Shown: positions 1 to 9,616, counted from the first letter of the stretch. The stretch: 24,000 bases of DNA from an uncultured Prevotella sp. (GCA_900314935.1 OMXE01000009.1:44345-68344); one strand, 5' to 3'. Notes: generated by a model from the letters alone, not told the origin. Made by a program: numbers and translations.

Positions 1-364
1 CCCGCATGAGTCCCAAGAGAATGGTGATGGCACTGCCGATAATAGGCAGGAAGGCAAAGAACCCCATCCAGGCACCACGACCGCCCATGAACCGTTGTGC
101 CTTGTCAAGATCGCTCTTCTTGACATGTAGGTACTTCTCTATCCAGTCCAGTCGTCCCAACCGTCCTACTCCATAGTTGAACATCGAACCAAGGATATTC
201 CCGATGGAGCCGTATACAATGAGTTTCCATGTGTCAAGACCCGTGGCCAGCAGTCCTAACATCACCGCCTCACTACTGAATGGGAAAAAACTCCCTGCTA
301 GAAAGGCGGCCACCAACATTCCCCCATAGCCGTATTGGGTGAGAATGGCAATCAGGGTATCCAT
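1..364 (-). CDS. YqaA/DedA-family small membrane protein; C-terminal part lies beyond the window edge
   Basis: Not in the ORF track because it runs off the window. The reverse complement from the ATG at 364-362 reads MDTLIAILTQYGYGGMLVAAFLAGSFFPFSSEAVMLGLLATGLDTWKLIVYGSIGNILGSMFNYGVGRLGRLDWIEKYLHVKKSDLDKAQRFMGGRGAWMGFFAFLPIIGSAITILLGLM and stays open to position 1. The G-x-FFPFSSE and FLPIIG segments fit the YqaA/DedA family. The start overlaps the upstream gene's stop by 13 nt. Confidence 0.7.
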   Translation of the reverse strand, partial: MDTLIAILTQYGYGGMLVAAFLAGSFFPFSSEAVMLGLLATGLDTWKLIVYGSIGNILGSMFNYGVGRLGRLDWIEKYLHVKKSDLDKAQRFMGGRGAWMGFFAFLPIIGSAITILLGLMR

Positions 365-1275
365 AGGTTGTATGCAGTGATGAATAGGATAAGGAAGATC
401 AGCATATAGAAAGTGACATTGGTCAGCTTGGTATGTGTCAAGGCGAGGAAATGCCCGATAAACGGACTCGTATTGACGATCATCATTCCCAACAGGATCT
501 CAAAGTGCTGGGGTTGCAAGATGATGAATACCACGGTGAACAGGTTCATCCACATCAACAGCTCGTAGATCATCTGCGTGCGGATCTTGTCCATATGACT
601 GTTGCGGAGGTAGTGAACCATTCCGATGAGTGCTACCAGGCAGACAAAGGCGAAGGTGATGTAATGGTGATCGTTGAATCGCTGATATTGGAACAGAGGT
701 TGGAAGTAGGCAATGCTCGTGATATGCTCCACGAGCGAGTCAAAATGTCCTGTGAAAAAGCTCAACGGCGCCAGAAACCAATAAGGGGTAATCAGTCCAA
801 CGATCGATGCGCAGAACATACGGAAGCTGAAAGCCATCATCTTAAACCCGATGAGCAGCCAGAGTAGCGGTACGAAATAGAGCACCTGTATGAACAGTAC
901 GCTGGCAATACCCAGACAAAGGAACGCATAGAACATCAGTCCTGGCGAATCCTTGTCTTGATAGATATGGAAGATAATGGTGTAGGATGTGATGAGGCAC
1001 AGCTGTACAATGGATTCCCGTAGCGATGGAAACAGAAAGGTGGCCATGGAGGTGAGGGCAAGAAACGAACACGACACCATTCGACTATAGATGCGGATAA
1101 GTGCGTTGCTGTTGTTGATCTCCATCATGAGATAGGTAGATACACCAAGGAAAGCCAACTGCAGATACAGTTGGTTCTCCACCAGTCCGCCCAGATACCA
1201 TACACCTAGGGCATATATAGCCATCAGCGTCAGTGCGTAACGGCTCTCCGCCACCTTGTTCTGGAATCGCTTCAT
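352..1275 (-). CDS. Polytopic integral membrane protein, unknown function
   Basis: A 307-aa ORF that is hydrophobic throughout, with many predicted TM segments. It begins 2 nt after the purD stop, so it is probably co-transcribed. I recognise no motif. Confidence 0.75.
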   Translation of the reverse strand: MKRFQNKVAESRYALTLMAIYALGVWYLGGLVENQLYLQLAFLGVSTYLMMEINNSNALIRIYSRMVSCSFLALTSMATFLFPSLRESIVQLCLITSYTIIFHIYQDKDSPGLMFYAFLCLGIASVLFIQVLYFVPLLWLLIGFKMMAFSFRMFCASIVGLITPYWFLAPLSFFTGHFDSLVEHITSIAYFQPLFQYQRFNDHHYITFAFVCLVALIGMVHYLRNSHMDKIRTQMIYELLMWMNLFTVVFIILQPQHFEILLGMMIVNTSPFIGHFLALTHTKLTNVTFYMLIFLILFITAYNLWIP

Positions 1276-1277
1276 CC

Positions 1278-2579
1278 TTACTTCAAGTCTGCACCGATAT
1301 CCGAACGGAAGTATTTGTCTGTGAACTGAATCTTCTGAGCTTCCTCAAAGGACTTCTTCAAGGCCTCTTCCTTATTGGTACCATAGCTGCTCACGGCAAT
1401 CACACGACCGCCGGCTGTTACCACCTGACCGTCTTTCTGGGCCGTTCCCATATGGAAGACAATGCTTCCCTCTACCTGATCAAGACCAGTAATGGGATAA
1501 CCTTTCTTATAGGCTTGGGGATAGCCGCCGCTGACCAACACCACGCAGACGGCAGCACGCTCATCAAATTCCACCCTTTTGGTGTCAAGATCACCATTGG
1601 CCACACCAACAAACAGATCCACGATGTCGCTCTTCAGACGGAGCATCACGCTTTCGGTCTCTGGGTCACCCATGCGACAGTTGTATTCAATCACCATCGG
1701 TTCGCCGTTCACATTGATCAGTCCGAAGAAGATGAATCCCTTATAGTCGATATTCTCTTCAGCCAGACCTTCCACGGTAGGACGGATGATGCGGTCTTCC
1801 ACCTTCTGCATCCACTCCTTGGTGGCAAAGGTGACAGGTGTAACACTTCCCATACCACCTGTGTTCAGACCCGTATCATGCTCACCAATGCGCTTGTAGT
1901 CTTTTGCTTCTGGCAAGATCTTGTAGTGCTGACCGTCGGTCAGGACGAATACCGAACACTCAATACCGCTCAGGAACTCCTCGATGACCACGCTGGCAGA
2001 AGCGTTGCCGAACATACCGCCGAGCATCTCCTGGAACTCCTTCTTGGCCTCTTCGAGGGTAGGGAGAATCAAAACGCCCTTACCGGCACACAGCCCGTCG
2101 GCCTTGAGTACATAAGGAGGCTGAAGGGTTTCAAGGAAGGCAAGTCCTTCTTTCACATGCTCACCGTCGAATGTCTGATATTTAGCGGTAGGAATGTTGT
2201 GACGCTGCATGAATCCCTTGGCGAAGTCCTTACTGCCTTCGAGTACGGCACCTTTCTTCGAAGGACCGATAACTGGAATACGGGCTGTGCGTTCATCGCT
2301 GAGGAACTCATCGTAGATGCCCTTTACCAAGGGATCCTCCGGTCCTACGACCACCATGTCAATGAGGTTGTCCACGACAAAGTCTTTCAGTTTGTCGAAC
2401 TCGTTCACTCCGATAGGCACGTTCTCTCCGACCTCAGAGGTACCTGCATTTCCAGGGGCAATGAACAGTTTCTCGCATTTCTTGCTCTGGGCGATTTTCC
2501 AAGCAAGGGCGTGTTCACGACCGCCACTGCCCAACAATAAGATTCTCAAACTCTTCCTGAGTTCAATACCAGGAAACAT
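1278..2579 (-). CDS. purD: Phosphoribosylamine--glycine ligase (GAR synthetase)
   Basis: It has the N-terminal [21 protein letters not shown] signature, ATP-grasp segments and a GGRV-containing C-terminus. The start is ambiguous. The ORF track starts at 2630. An in-frame ATG lies at 2579 ([10 protein letters not shown]). An in-frame TTG at 2549 would give the canonical [11 protein letters not shown]-terminus and 423 aa. Confidence 0.95.
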   Translation of the reverse strand: MFPGIELRKSLRILLLGSGGREHALAWKIAQSKKCEKLFIAPGNAGTSEVGENVPIGVNEFDKLKDFVVDNLIDMVVVGPEDPLVKGIYDEFLSDERTARIPVIGPSKKGAVLEGSKDFAKGFMQRHNIPTAKYQTFDGEHVKEGLAFLETLQPPYVLKADGLCAGKGVLILPTLEEAKKEFQEMLGGMFGNASASVVIEEFLSGIECSVFVLTDGQHYKILPEAKDYKRIGEHDTGLNTGGMGSVTPVTFATKEWMQKVEDRIIRPTVEGLAEENIDYKGFIFFGLINVNGEPMVIEYNCRMGDPETESVMLRLKSDIVDLFVGVANGDLDTKRVEFDERAAVCVVLVSGGYPQAYKKGYPITGLDQVEGSIVFHMGTAQKDGQVVTAGGRVIAVSSYGTNKEEALKKSFEEAQKIQFTDKYFRSDIGADLK

Positions 2580-2638
2580 CGCTGTCTTTTTCTTTGCCGG
2601 GAATTCCGGCACAATCGCATTTATACGCATGGCGTTTG

Positions 2639-4837
2639 TTATTTTAGATAGTCTTCAAAATACTGTGTAATCCTTTCATGGAGATGAACGCTCTGATGTC
2701 CCCGCATATTATGCGGCTCACCAGGATAGACGAAGAAGTCGGGCTGGGTACCTGCCTTGATGCACTCGGCAAGGAACGACAGACAGTGCTGCGGAACCAC
2801 GGTTTCATCGTTATAGCCCGTGATGATCTGCAGCTTACCCTTCAGATTCTTGGCTTTGCTCAGCAGACTGGTTTTCTCGTAGCCCTCAGGGTTCGACTGG
2901 GGCGTGTCCATATAGCGTTCTCCGTACATCACCTCGTACCAGTGCCAGTCGATGACCGGACCGCCGGCCACGCCTACCTTGAACACGTCAGGATAGTTGG
3001 TCATCAGGGAAATGGTCATGAACCCGCCGAAGCTCCAGCCATGAACACCCATCCTGTCCTGGTCAACATAGGGCAGTGATTTCAGGTATTCCACTCCCTT
3101 CATCTGATCCAGCATCTCAATCTGTCCCAACTGACGGAAGGTGGCCTGCTCAAAGTCACGACCTCTGTTCTCCGATCCTCGGTTGTCAAGGATGAAGAGC
3201 AGGTAGCCCTTCTGTGCCATGTAGGTCTCCCACGACCTGCTTCCCCAGTGCCATGATGCTTCCACGTTGTGAGCATGCGGACCGCCATAGACGTAAATCA
3301 CTGTGGGGTATTTCTTCTCAGGGTTGAAGTCTGCGGGTTTCACCATTCTATAATAGAGGTCGGTAACGCCATCGGCCGCCTTGATGCTTCCACATTCAAA
3401 GATGGGCTGCTGATAACCTTTCCACGGGTCCTCTGCCTCTAAGAGGTTCGTGTGTTGAGGTGTCTTTTTGGTAAGGTCCACCACATCAATAACACGCGCT
3501 CTTGTTGGAGTGGAGAATCTGTCAATGAGGAAGTTGCCGGATGGGGAAACAACAGCGTTATGAACACCATCCACCGTTTCCAACTGCTGAATTTTTCCTG
3601 TCATGCTGACACTGTACAGACGCTGATGCAGGGGGTGCTCCTTATTGCCCTTGAAGATAATGGTCTTCTGCTTTTTGTTGAAGCCTAAGATATCCGATAC
3701 CACCCATGAACCGCTGGTCAGCTGACGAAGGCACTTACCGTCGGTATTAAATAAATAAAGGTGGTTATAACCATCGCGCTGACTCAGCATCAGGAACCTG
3801 GTGTTGTCCCATGGCAGGAACTGGATGGGATGCAGCGGCTCCACGTATTTCTCGCTCGTCTCGCGGTAGATTTCCTTTATTCTTGTGCCAGTTGTCGCAT
3901 CATACGAAACCAGACGACAGTCGTTCTGGTCGCGGTTCAGTTCGAACATATAGACTGTTTTCGAGTCTGGACTCCAGGCGATGTTCGTGAAATAGCACGT
4001 CTGCTGCAGCGCTGTCGGAGATACATCTGTTACAGGAGTCTGCAGATAGATGGTCTTGTTTGTCTGGAGGTTGTATATGCCTACGGTTACCACATGGGTG
4101 TTACCTCCCGCCATGGGGTATTTGTCGGGATCCACCTTGGCTATTCCCTTTTCCGTGTACGGACTGAGGTCAACCTGTGGATAATCCGTCACCATGCTTT
4201 GGTCCATACGGTAGAAAGCCAGTTTTTGTCCGTTAGGACTCCAGAATGTTCCCTTTTCAATGCCGAACTCATTACGGTGTACGCTCTGACCATAGACGAT
4301 TTCGCGTGAACCGTCGGTGGTGAGCTGATGCTCGTGTCCCTCACCGTCGGCCACATACAATTGATGGTCCTTGACATAAGCCGTGGCTCGCGAAGCAGGG
4401 TTCCAATCATTGCTGTCCTGTCCTGATATACTGTCTTGCCATACAATTTGCTTCTGTTTGAAGTCTACCAATATATATGCATGACGGTTACCCATGGCAG
4501 CCAGTGGCTTGTCGGGGTAGGGGAAGGTGACATTCATCAGATGGCGTACAAAACGTTCATCATCGCTCTTGATCCACTTGTTTACTTCATCAAGTGTGAA
4601 GAGCACCTCCTTCTTTCCCGTCCTGGTATCTATGGTGTAGCATTCTTCCACATCGGTCTGCACAAGCTGGTCGCCCCACCAGGTGAGCCACATGTTCTTG
4701 GCCGCCAAGTTGTGAGCGTTCTTACCGCCGTAGTTCAGGTCTTCCAGCGTAAACAGCTGCTGGGCGTTCAATGATAATGGAATCATAAGGAAAGAAAGGA
4801 GAACGGATAATACGATACTCCTGCTATTAATCATCAT
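2639..4837 (-). CDS. Dipeptidyl-peptidase IV-like S9 serine peptidase, secreted
   Basis: The track ORF (2639-5128) has a 97-aa upstream extension that overlaps the neighbouring gene. The internal start [27 protein letters not shown] at 4837 gives a clean signal peptide and 732 aa. The protein has a propeller region ([17 protein letters not shown]) and the nucleophile elbow GVHGWSFGG. Confidence 0.9.
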   Translation of the reverse strand: MMINSRSIVLSVLLSFLMIPLSLNAQQLFTLEDLNYGGKNAHNLAAKNMWLTWWGDQLVQTDVEECYTIDTRTGKKEVLFTLDEVNKWIKSDDERFVRHLMNVTFPYPDKPLAAMGNRHAYILVDFKQKQIVWQDSISGQDSNDWNPASRATAYVKDHQLYVADGEGHEHQLTTDGSREIVYGQSVHRNEFGIEKGTFWSPNGQKLAFYRMDQSMVTDYPQVDLSPYTEKGIAKVDPDKYPMAGGNTHVVTVGIYNLQTNKTIYLQTPVTDVSPTALQQTCYFTNIAWSPDSKTVYMFELNRDQNDCRLVSYDATTGTRIKEIYRETSEKYVEPLHPIQFLPWDNTRFLMLSQRDGYNHLYLFNTDGKCLRQLTSGSWVVSDILGFNKKQKTIIFKGNKEHPLHQRLYSVSMTGKIQQLETVDGVHNAVVSPSGNFLIDRFSTPTRARVIDVVDLTKKTPQHTNLLEAEDPWKGYQQPIFECGSIKAADGVTDLYYRMVKPADFNPEKKYPTVIYVYGGPHAHNVEASWHWGSRSWETYMAQKGYLLFILDNRGSENRGRDFEQATFRQLGQIEMLDQMKGVEYLKSLPYVDQDRMGVHGWSFGGFMTISLMTNYPDVFKVGVAGGPVIDWHWYEVMYGERYMDTPQSNPEGYEKTSLLSKAKNLKGKLQIITGYNDETVVPQHCLSFLAECIKAGTQPDFFVYPGEPHNMRGHQSVHLHERITQYFEDYLK

Positions 4838-6368
4838 ATCTTTTGTTGTTCTTTTTGAAATTCCTACCTTCTGTTTTATCAAAGCGTTTACCGCCTTTAC
4901 CTTTGAAGTCACCCTTGCCGTTTCTTCCGTCGCGGAAATCCCGTTTCCCCTTGAAGCCGTCTTTCCCCCTGAAAGGCCGTCCTTCCTGTCGGTCACCTTC
5001 TTCACGGTCACGACTGCGACGGAACGACCGTTCCTCCTTGCGTTCGAACATTCTTTCATCGAAGGCAGGATGATGCTTATGGAAGGTAAATGAGCGGATA
5101 TCCCCCGTTTCGTTGGCCTCGTCCTCATCCATTCGTTTCTTGAACTCCCTGTTCTTCTTGAAGCGGTGCTTCTCGGCCATGGACTCCTTCTCCTCTTCGG
5201 TCTTCAGTATGTTACCTTCGCTGCGGAACTCCTTGAGTTTTCCTTGGAACATCTGATACTTACGGAACTCGCATTCAAGAGAGCCATTGAACACGGGAAT
5301 CTTGATACTTGGACGCAGACCGATCTGCTCGAAGCACTCTTCACGATAGCTGAGAATCCACGCATTGTTCCCCTGGAACTCATGCTTCAGCTTCTCGCCA
5401 ATCATCTTATAGGTAGCCAGCAGGTTGGGTGTGGAGATGCGTTCCCCGTAAGGTGGATTGGTAATCATAATGGCCTTCTCTGCAGGCTGCTTGAAATCGG
5501 CGAAATCGAGTTGTTCCACTGTGATATCCTTGGTCAGACCGGCTGCTCGGATGTTCATCCTTGCCGTGTTCACCGCCTTCATGTCGATATCGTATCCATA
5601 GATGTGATGTTCGAAGTCACGTTCCTTCGATTCATCATTATAGATCATGTCGAACAGATCCTTGTCGAAGTCGGGCCATTTCTCAAACGCATATTCTTTG
5701 CGGAAAACACCGGGCGACATATTCCGGGCAATCAGGGCAGCTTCTATGAGTAGCGTACCACTACCGCACATCGGGTCGATAAAGTCGGTTTCCCCTTTCC
5801 ATCCACTCATCAGAATCATACCGGCAGCCAGCACTTCGTTTAAGGGAGCTTCCACCGATTCCTGTCGGTAGCCTCTGCGGTGCAGACTCTCACCGCTGGA
5901 GTCAAGACAGAGTGTCGCCTTGTCGTCTGCGATATGGATATGCAGTCGGATATCAGGGTTGGATACCGACACATTAGGACGGATTCCTGTGTTCTCCCTG
6001 AACTGGTCAACGATGGCATCCTTCACTTTATATGCTACAAATTTTGAATGACGGAACTCTTCTGAGAACACCACGGAATCCACCGCGAAGGTGTTCTTGC
6101 TTGTCAGATAGTCGCTCCAGTCAATCTTCTTCACCTCCTCATAGACATCGTCAGCCGACAAGGCTTTGAAGTGTTTGATGGGTTTGAGGATGCGTATGGC
6201 CGTATGCAGTTGGAAGTTTGCGCGGTACATCATCTCCTTGTTACCGGTGAACGACACCATGCGTCTGCCAATCTGTACATTGTCAGCTCCCAGTTCTGTC
6301 AGCTCTTGTGCCAAGATGGGTTCCAGACCCATGAAGGTCTTGGCAATGAGTTCAAATGCCTGTTCCAT
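4827..6368 (-). CDS. THUMP-domain class I SAM-dependent RNA methyltransferase (RlmL N-half / COG0116-like) with a basic low-complexity C-terminal tail
   Basis: The N-terminal region is THUMP-like. Motif I is DPMCGSGTLLIEAA and motif IV is NPPYGERI. The last ~125 aa are an R/K/G/D/E-rich tail (for example GKDGFKGKRDFRDGRNGKGDFKGKGGKRFDK). The stop overlaps the DPP-IV start by 11 nt. Confidence 0.9.
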   Translation of the reverse strand: MEQAFELIAKTFMGLEPILAQELTELGADNVQIGRRMVSFTGNKEMMYRANFQLHTAIRILKPIKHFKALSADDVYEEVKKIDWSDYLTSKNTFAVDSVVFSEEFRHSKFVAYKVKDAIVDQFRENTGIRPNVSVSNPDIRLHIHIADDKATLCLDSSGESLHRRGYRQESVEAPLNEVLAAGMILMSGWKGETDFIDPMCGSGTLLIEAALIARNMSPGVFRKEYAFEKWPDFDKDLFDMIYNDESKERDFEHHIYGYDIDMKAVNTARMNIRAAGLTKDITVEQLDFADFKQPAEKAIMITNPPYGERISTPNLLATYKMIGEKLKHEFQGNNAWILSYREECFEQIGLRPSIKIPVFNGSLECEFRKYQMFQGKLKEFRSEGNILKTEEEKESMAEKHRFKKNREFKKRMDEDEANETGDIRSFTFHKHHPAFDERMFERKEERSFRRSRDREEGDRQEGRPFRGKDGFKGKRDFRDGRNGKGDFKGKGGKRFDKTEGRNFKKNNKRYDD

Positions 6369-7293
6369 GATTGAATTCGATATCTAAATTGTCAGTCTTC
6401 TCTTGTTTGTACTTCTTTGTATTCGGCTTCATGTCGCGAGTAATCCAGAGGTTGGCACCCACCACGCAGCCTTTACCGATGGTGATTCGTCCCAAGATGG
6501 TGGCATTGGAGTAGACCACCACGTCATCTTCGAGAATCGGGTGACGGGGAATGCCCTTGATGGGATTCCCATGCTCATCCAACGGGAAGCTCTTGGCTCC
6601 CAGCGTCACTCCCTGATAGAGTTTCACGTTATTGCCGATGATGCAAGTAGCACCAATCACCACACCTGTTCCGTGGTCGATGGTGAAATGATGACCGATT
6701 TGCGCGCCCGGATGAATGTCAATACCGGTCTCTGAGTGCGCCATTTCCGTAATGATTCGTGGAATAAGTGGAACGCCAAGAACCAGCAGCTCATGGGCGA
6801 TGCGGTAGTTGACCAGTGTCTTGATGATGGGATAGCAGGAGATGATCTCCCCGTAGTTCTCTGCTGCGGGATCACCATTATAGGCTGCAATCACATCCGT
6901 AGCCAGGATTTTCCGGATCTTGGGGTATCTGCTAATCAACTCCAAGGCCAGTCGTTCGGCATTCATCCTGCAGGCAGTACGTTCCTCATAGCTCTCCGTG
7001 GTGTTACCATCGGCAAAACAGAGTCCTGCCTGAATCTGATCGGCCAAGAGTTTGTGGAGTCTTTCAATGTTCACTCCGATATGGTATCTGATGGTGTTGA
7101 TATTTACGGTTGACTTACCGAAATATCCTGGGAAAAGAATCGAGCGGGAAAGATCAATAATTTCCTCCAAAGCCTTACTGGAAGGCAACGGGTCGCCGTC
7201 GCGGTGCTCGTGGAATAACCCTTGCAATGATTCCTTTTCAGACAGTTCCTCCACTGTCCTTGTCAGAATCTGCGTCATGTTCTCTGTGCTCAT
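6352..7293 (-). CDS. cysE: Serine O-acetyltransferase
   Basis: Hexapeptide left-handed beta-helix region GIDIHPGAQIGHHFTIDHGTGVVIGATCIIGNNVKLYQGVTLG preceded by a SAT-type helical N-domain. The stop overlaps the methyltransferase start by 17 nt. Confidence 0.9.
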   Translation of the reverse strand: MSTENMTQILTRTVEELSEKESLQGLFHEHRDGDPLPSSKALEEIIDLSRSILFPGYFGKSTVNINTIRYHIGVNIERLHKLLADQIQAGLCFADGNTTESYEERTACRMNAERLALELISRYPKIRKILATDVIAAYNGDPAAENYGEIISCYPIIKTLVNYRIAHELLVLGVPLIPRIITEMAHSETGIDIHPGAQIGHHFTIDHGTGVVIGATCIIGNNVKLYQGVTLGAKSFPLDEHGNPIKGIPRHPILEDDVVVYSNATILGRITIGKGCVVGANLWITRDMKPNTKKYKQEKTDNLDIEFNHGTGI

Positions 7294-7320
7294 TATAATG
7301 CTGTATCAATAAATGTGCTG

Positions 7321-7328
7321 CAAAGTTA
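7321..7328 (-). promoter_or_regulatory. Bacteroidota -7 box (TAACTTTG, matches TAnnTTTG) for the cysE operon
   Basis: CAAAGTTA on the plus strand lies 28 nt upstream of the cysE ATG at 7293. A single 8-mer match is weak on its own; the position supports it. Confidence 0.45.
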
Positions 7329-7390
7329 CGATTTTTTTTTTAGTTACGTAATAAAACGAAGAGAAGTTTGGAAGATTAAAAGATTCTTTA

Positions 7391-7398
7391 TACTTTTG
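7391..7398 (+). promoter_or_regulatory. Bacteroidota -7 box (TACTTTTG) for the Nudix/esterase genes
   Basis: It matches TAnnTTTG and ends 35 nt upstream of the ATG at 7433, in the divergent intergenic region. Confidence 0.45.
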
Positions 7399-7432
7399 CA
7401 GTGTGATTATTACGCAATGGTTGCAATAAGAT

Positions 7433-8125
7433 ATGGAAGAGCTAAAATATCGTTACAAGTATCCACGTCCATGTGTCACCACGGATTGTGTGGTTTTTGG
7501 ATTCGACGGAGCCAAACTTAATGTCTTGTTGATAGAACGGGGTATCGAGCCCTATAAGGGACATTGGGCCTTCCCAGGCGGCTTTTTGAATATGGATGAG
7601 ACAGCACTTCAGGGAGCCAAGCGTGAACTCTACGAAGAGACAGGTCTAAAAGATGCCTACATCCACCAATTCCATGCTTTCTCTGATGTCAATCGCGACC
7701 CTCGCGACCGTGTCATTACTATTGCTTATTATGCATTGGTACGTATCAGTGAGGTAAAAGCAGGTGACGATGCAGCTAAGGCTCAGTGGTTCCCTTTGGA
7801 TAAGGTGCCGCCGCTGGCTTTCGATCACGATAAGATTCTCCGTATGGCTACTACCGAGTTGTGCCGCCAAATTCATTTTGAACCCATCGGTTTTGAACTG
7901 TTGCCTGAGGTATTCACGATGACCCAGTTGCAGCATCTCTATGAAGCTATCCTCAATGTGAAGTTCGATCGCCGCAACTTCAGCAACAAGATACTGAAAC
8001 TGGGCATTCTTACCCAATTGGAAGAAACGCTTCCTATGTCCAATAAGAAAATAGCATTCCTTTATAAGTTCAATCTGGATAGCTATAAAGAAATGAAGGA
8101 AAAAGGCTTCCACCTGGAATTCTGA
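7433..8125 (+). CDS. Nudix hydrolase-fold protein with C-terminal winged-helix-like domain (NrtR-family architecture)
   Basis: Complete Nudix box GGFLNMDETALQGAKRELYEETGL (GX5EX7REUXEEXGU). The C-terminal ~80 aa, FTMTQLQHLYEAILNVKFDRRNFSNKILKLGIL, resemble the NrtR DNA-binding domain. Confidence 0.85.
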   Translation: MEELKYRYKYPRPCVTTDCVVFGFDGAKLNVLLIERGIEPYKGHWAFPGGFLNMDETALQGAKRELYEETGLKDAYIHQFHAFSDVNRDPRDRVITIAYYALVRISEVKAGDDAAKAQWFPLDKVPPLAFDHDKILRMATTELCRQIHFEPIGFELLPEVFTMTQLQHLYEAILNVKFDRRNFSNKILKLGILTQLEETLPMSNKKIAFLYKFNLDSYKEMKEKGFHLEF

Positions 8126-8154
8126 TAATTACAAACCACAACCAACGATATTAC

Positions 8155-9006
8155 ATGATGAAGAAAAGAATAGTTTCACTTTGTATCTTGGCAATGCCAT
8201 TGGTGGCATTTGCACAAAAGCCGTATTTCCTTCCAACAGGTGATGCATCAGCCGACGAGAAGGACAAACCGATGATTGAGGTGTATCTGCCCAAAGAGGA
8301 GGTGGCCAATGGCTGTGCCGTCGTGCTTTGCCCTGGTGGCGCCATGAGATGGCTTTCATGGGAAAGCGATGTAGTGAAGATGGCCTCCTTTCTGAACGAG
8401 CAGGGCATTGCTGCCATCGGACTCCGCTATCATCTCAACAAGGGTGGGGGACAGATGCCGCAGGGAGTGCAGATGCCTCCGATGGTGGATGTAACGCACC
8501 CAGATGCATTTCCTCAAGCTGATGCCAATCCGATGCACAATGCGAGTGGTGATTCCATCATCCAACTTGCTGCATTGGATGCCAAAGCGGCCATCCGAAT
8601 GGTGAGGGAGCATGCTGATGAATGGCATATCAATAAGGAAAAGATCGGATTCCTGGGTTTCTCAGCAGGTGGAGGCGTTGCCATTGCTGCAACAATGTCA
8701 GCAAACAGCATGGAACGCCCCGATTTCCTCTGCACCAACTTTGGTCCTTCGCTGATGCCCGTCACCGTTCCTGTTGATGCTCCTCCATTGTTGATCATGA
8801 CCCGTGCCGATCACCCCAATGTAGCAGCCGGTCTTGTTGCCCTGTTTATGGAATGGAAGAAAGCCGGAGCTAATGCCGAACTGCACATTTATGGCGATGG
8901 CAAGGGTCCTTATGAACTGATGCCCCAAACAGGTGAGACTACGACAGAAACCTGGAGCACTCAGATGCTGCAATGGCTGAAGGCCAAAGGATTCCTAAAT
9001 AGGTGA
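8155..9006 (+). CDS. Secreted alpha/beta-hydrolase (esterase/lipase-like)
   Basis: Signal peptide MMKKRIVSLCILAMPLVAFAQ. It has an oxyanion-type VVLCPGGAM segment and the nucleophile elbow GFLGFSAGG. It starts 29 nt after the Nudix gene. Confidence 0.8.
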   Translation: MMKKRIVSLCILAMPLVAFAQKPYFLPTGDASADEKDKPMIEVYLPKEEVANGCAVVLCPGGAMRWLSWESDVVKMASFLNEQGIAAIGLRYHLNKGGGQMPQGVQMPPMVDVTHPDAFPQADANPMHNASGDSIIQLAALDAKAAIRMVREHADEWHINKEKIGFLGFSAGGGVAIAATMSANSMERPDFLCTNFGPSLMPVTVPVDAPPLLIMTRADHPNVAAGLVALFMEWKKAGANAELHIYGDGKGPYELMPQTGETTTETWSTQMLQWLKAKGFLNR

Positions 9007-9060
9007 AGCATCAGAATATAAAACCCTCAAAATGTTGGTTTCCGTTCCATGATAACATGA

Positions 9061-9234
9061 CTATTTCTTTCCCAACAGGGTTTTTAATATCACATTCCCA
9101 ATTTTCCGCTCCACTCCCGCCTTTGAAGTCGGGATGCCGGTCTCCTTCGCAATCTCTCTCTTCACTTGCGTGATGCCCAGTGCCCGCTTCCATGAGAAGC
9201 TGAGGCCTGGGATAGGTGTTGATTTTTTACTCAT
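9061..9234 (-). CDS. 57-aa lysine-rich small protein, unknown family (copy 1)
   Basis: Below the ORF-track size cutoff. It reads MSKKSTPIPGLSFSWKRALGITQVKREIAKETGIPTSKAGVERKIGNVILKTLLGKK*. The frame is supported by comparison with the copy at 10248-10358. Over 34 aligned codons I count 11 synonymous versus 5 nonsynonymous codon differences, and the stop falls at the same position. Confidence 0.5.
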   Translation of the reverse strand: MSKKSTPIPGLSFSWKRALGITQVKREIAKETGIPTSKAGVERKIGNVILKTLLGKK

Positions 9235-9283
9235 TGTTATATCTTTGTAAAAAGGCTTATTCCTAATTCATTAGAGATAATAA

Positions 9284-9616
9284 TCAATAGTCTCTGTAGA
9301 AAATCGCACTGCCATCATTCTCTATACGGACGAATTTACATTTCCTGTTTACAAAGTAGTTTTCATATCCAGGATCACAACAAAAGTTTAGGCTTTTTTG
9401 ATTGTCAACATAAACATAATCATTCAAGTCCTCTTTTCGTAATTCAAAACTTGCTCTAAATTTGTTAAAACCATGATCCCATAATTCATTGTCATAAACA
9501 ACGCATAAGATTAGGCCATTTTCTTTCCTTCGCCTCCTGTCATCCTCAACAGATTTTTGAAATTCTTCGTCAAATCTCTTTGCCCATTCTTCAATATCCA
9601 AATCCATTCTTTCCAT
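9284..9616 (-). CDS. Hypothetical 110-aa protein (acidic N-terminus, small globular C-terminal part)
   Basis: A clean AT-rich ORF with no recognisable motif, co-oriented with the DUF1810 gene. Confidence 0.6.
   Translation of the reverse strand: MERMDLDIEEWAKRFDEEFQKSVEDDRRRRKENGLILCVVYDNELWDHGFNKFRASFELRKEDLNDYVYVDNQKSLNFCCDPGYENYFVNRKCKFVRIENDGSAIFYRDY

Noticed and set aside
1233-2540. A 435-aa plus-strand ORF antisense to purD. Similar antisense ORFs occur at 433-867, 2678-3079, 3761-4309, 5166-5753 and 6736-7113.
   Set aside because: These are shadow ORFs opposite well-supported genes in GC-richer DNA. Their translations are low-complexity or odd (rich in H/L/R/V) with no motifs, while the opposite strand carries unmistakable purD, DPP-IV, methyltransferase and cysE signatures.
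2580-2630. The longer purD start ([17 protein letters not shown]...).
   Set aside because: PurD proteins normally begin right at the (M)[13 protein letters not shown] strand. The extra residues have no counterpart, so I prefer 2579 (ATG) or 2549 (TTG). This is unresolved without an alignment.
4838-5128. A 97-aa N-terminal extension of the DPP-IV ORF (MRTRPTKRG...).
   Set aside because: It overlaps the methyltransferase tail in another frame and has an arbitrary basic composition. The internal Met at 4837 gives a textbook signal peptide. The extension is open only because the DNA is purine-rich and stop-poor.
9024-9032. CCCTCAAAA at the left island border also occurs in the right inverted-repeat arm (22861-22869), and the nearby TTTCCGTTCCAT resembles the CCCGT motif. 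This could be an att-like direct repeat or a third degenerate arm.
   Set aside because: It is only a 9-bp exact match plus a vague resemblance, found by eye after looking for it. That is within chance expectation and needs a proper alignment and an empty-site comparison.
9011-9193. The track ORF of 60 aa (MEAGTGHHASEERD...) and the plus-strand ORF at 10175-10381, both lying over the duplicated segments.
   Set aside because: The two copies differ mostly at synonymous positions of a different minus-strand frame (the 57-aa and 36-aa ORFs). In the track frames the differences would be largely nonsynonymous.
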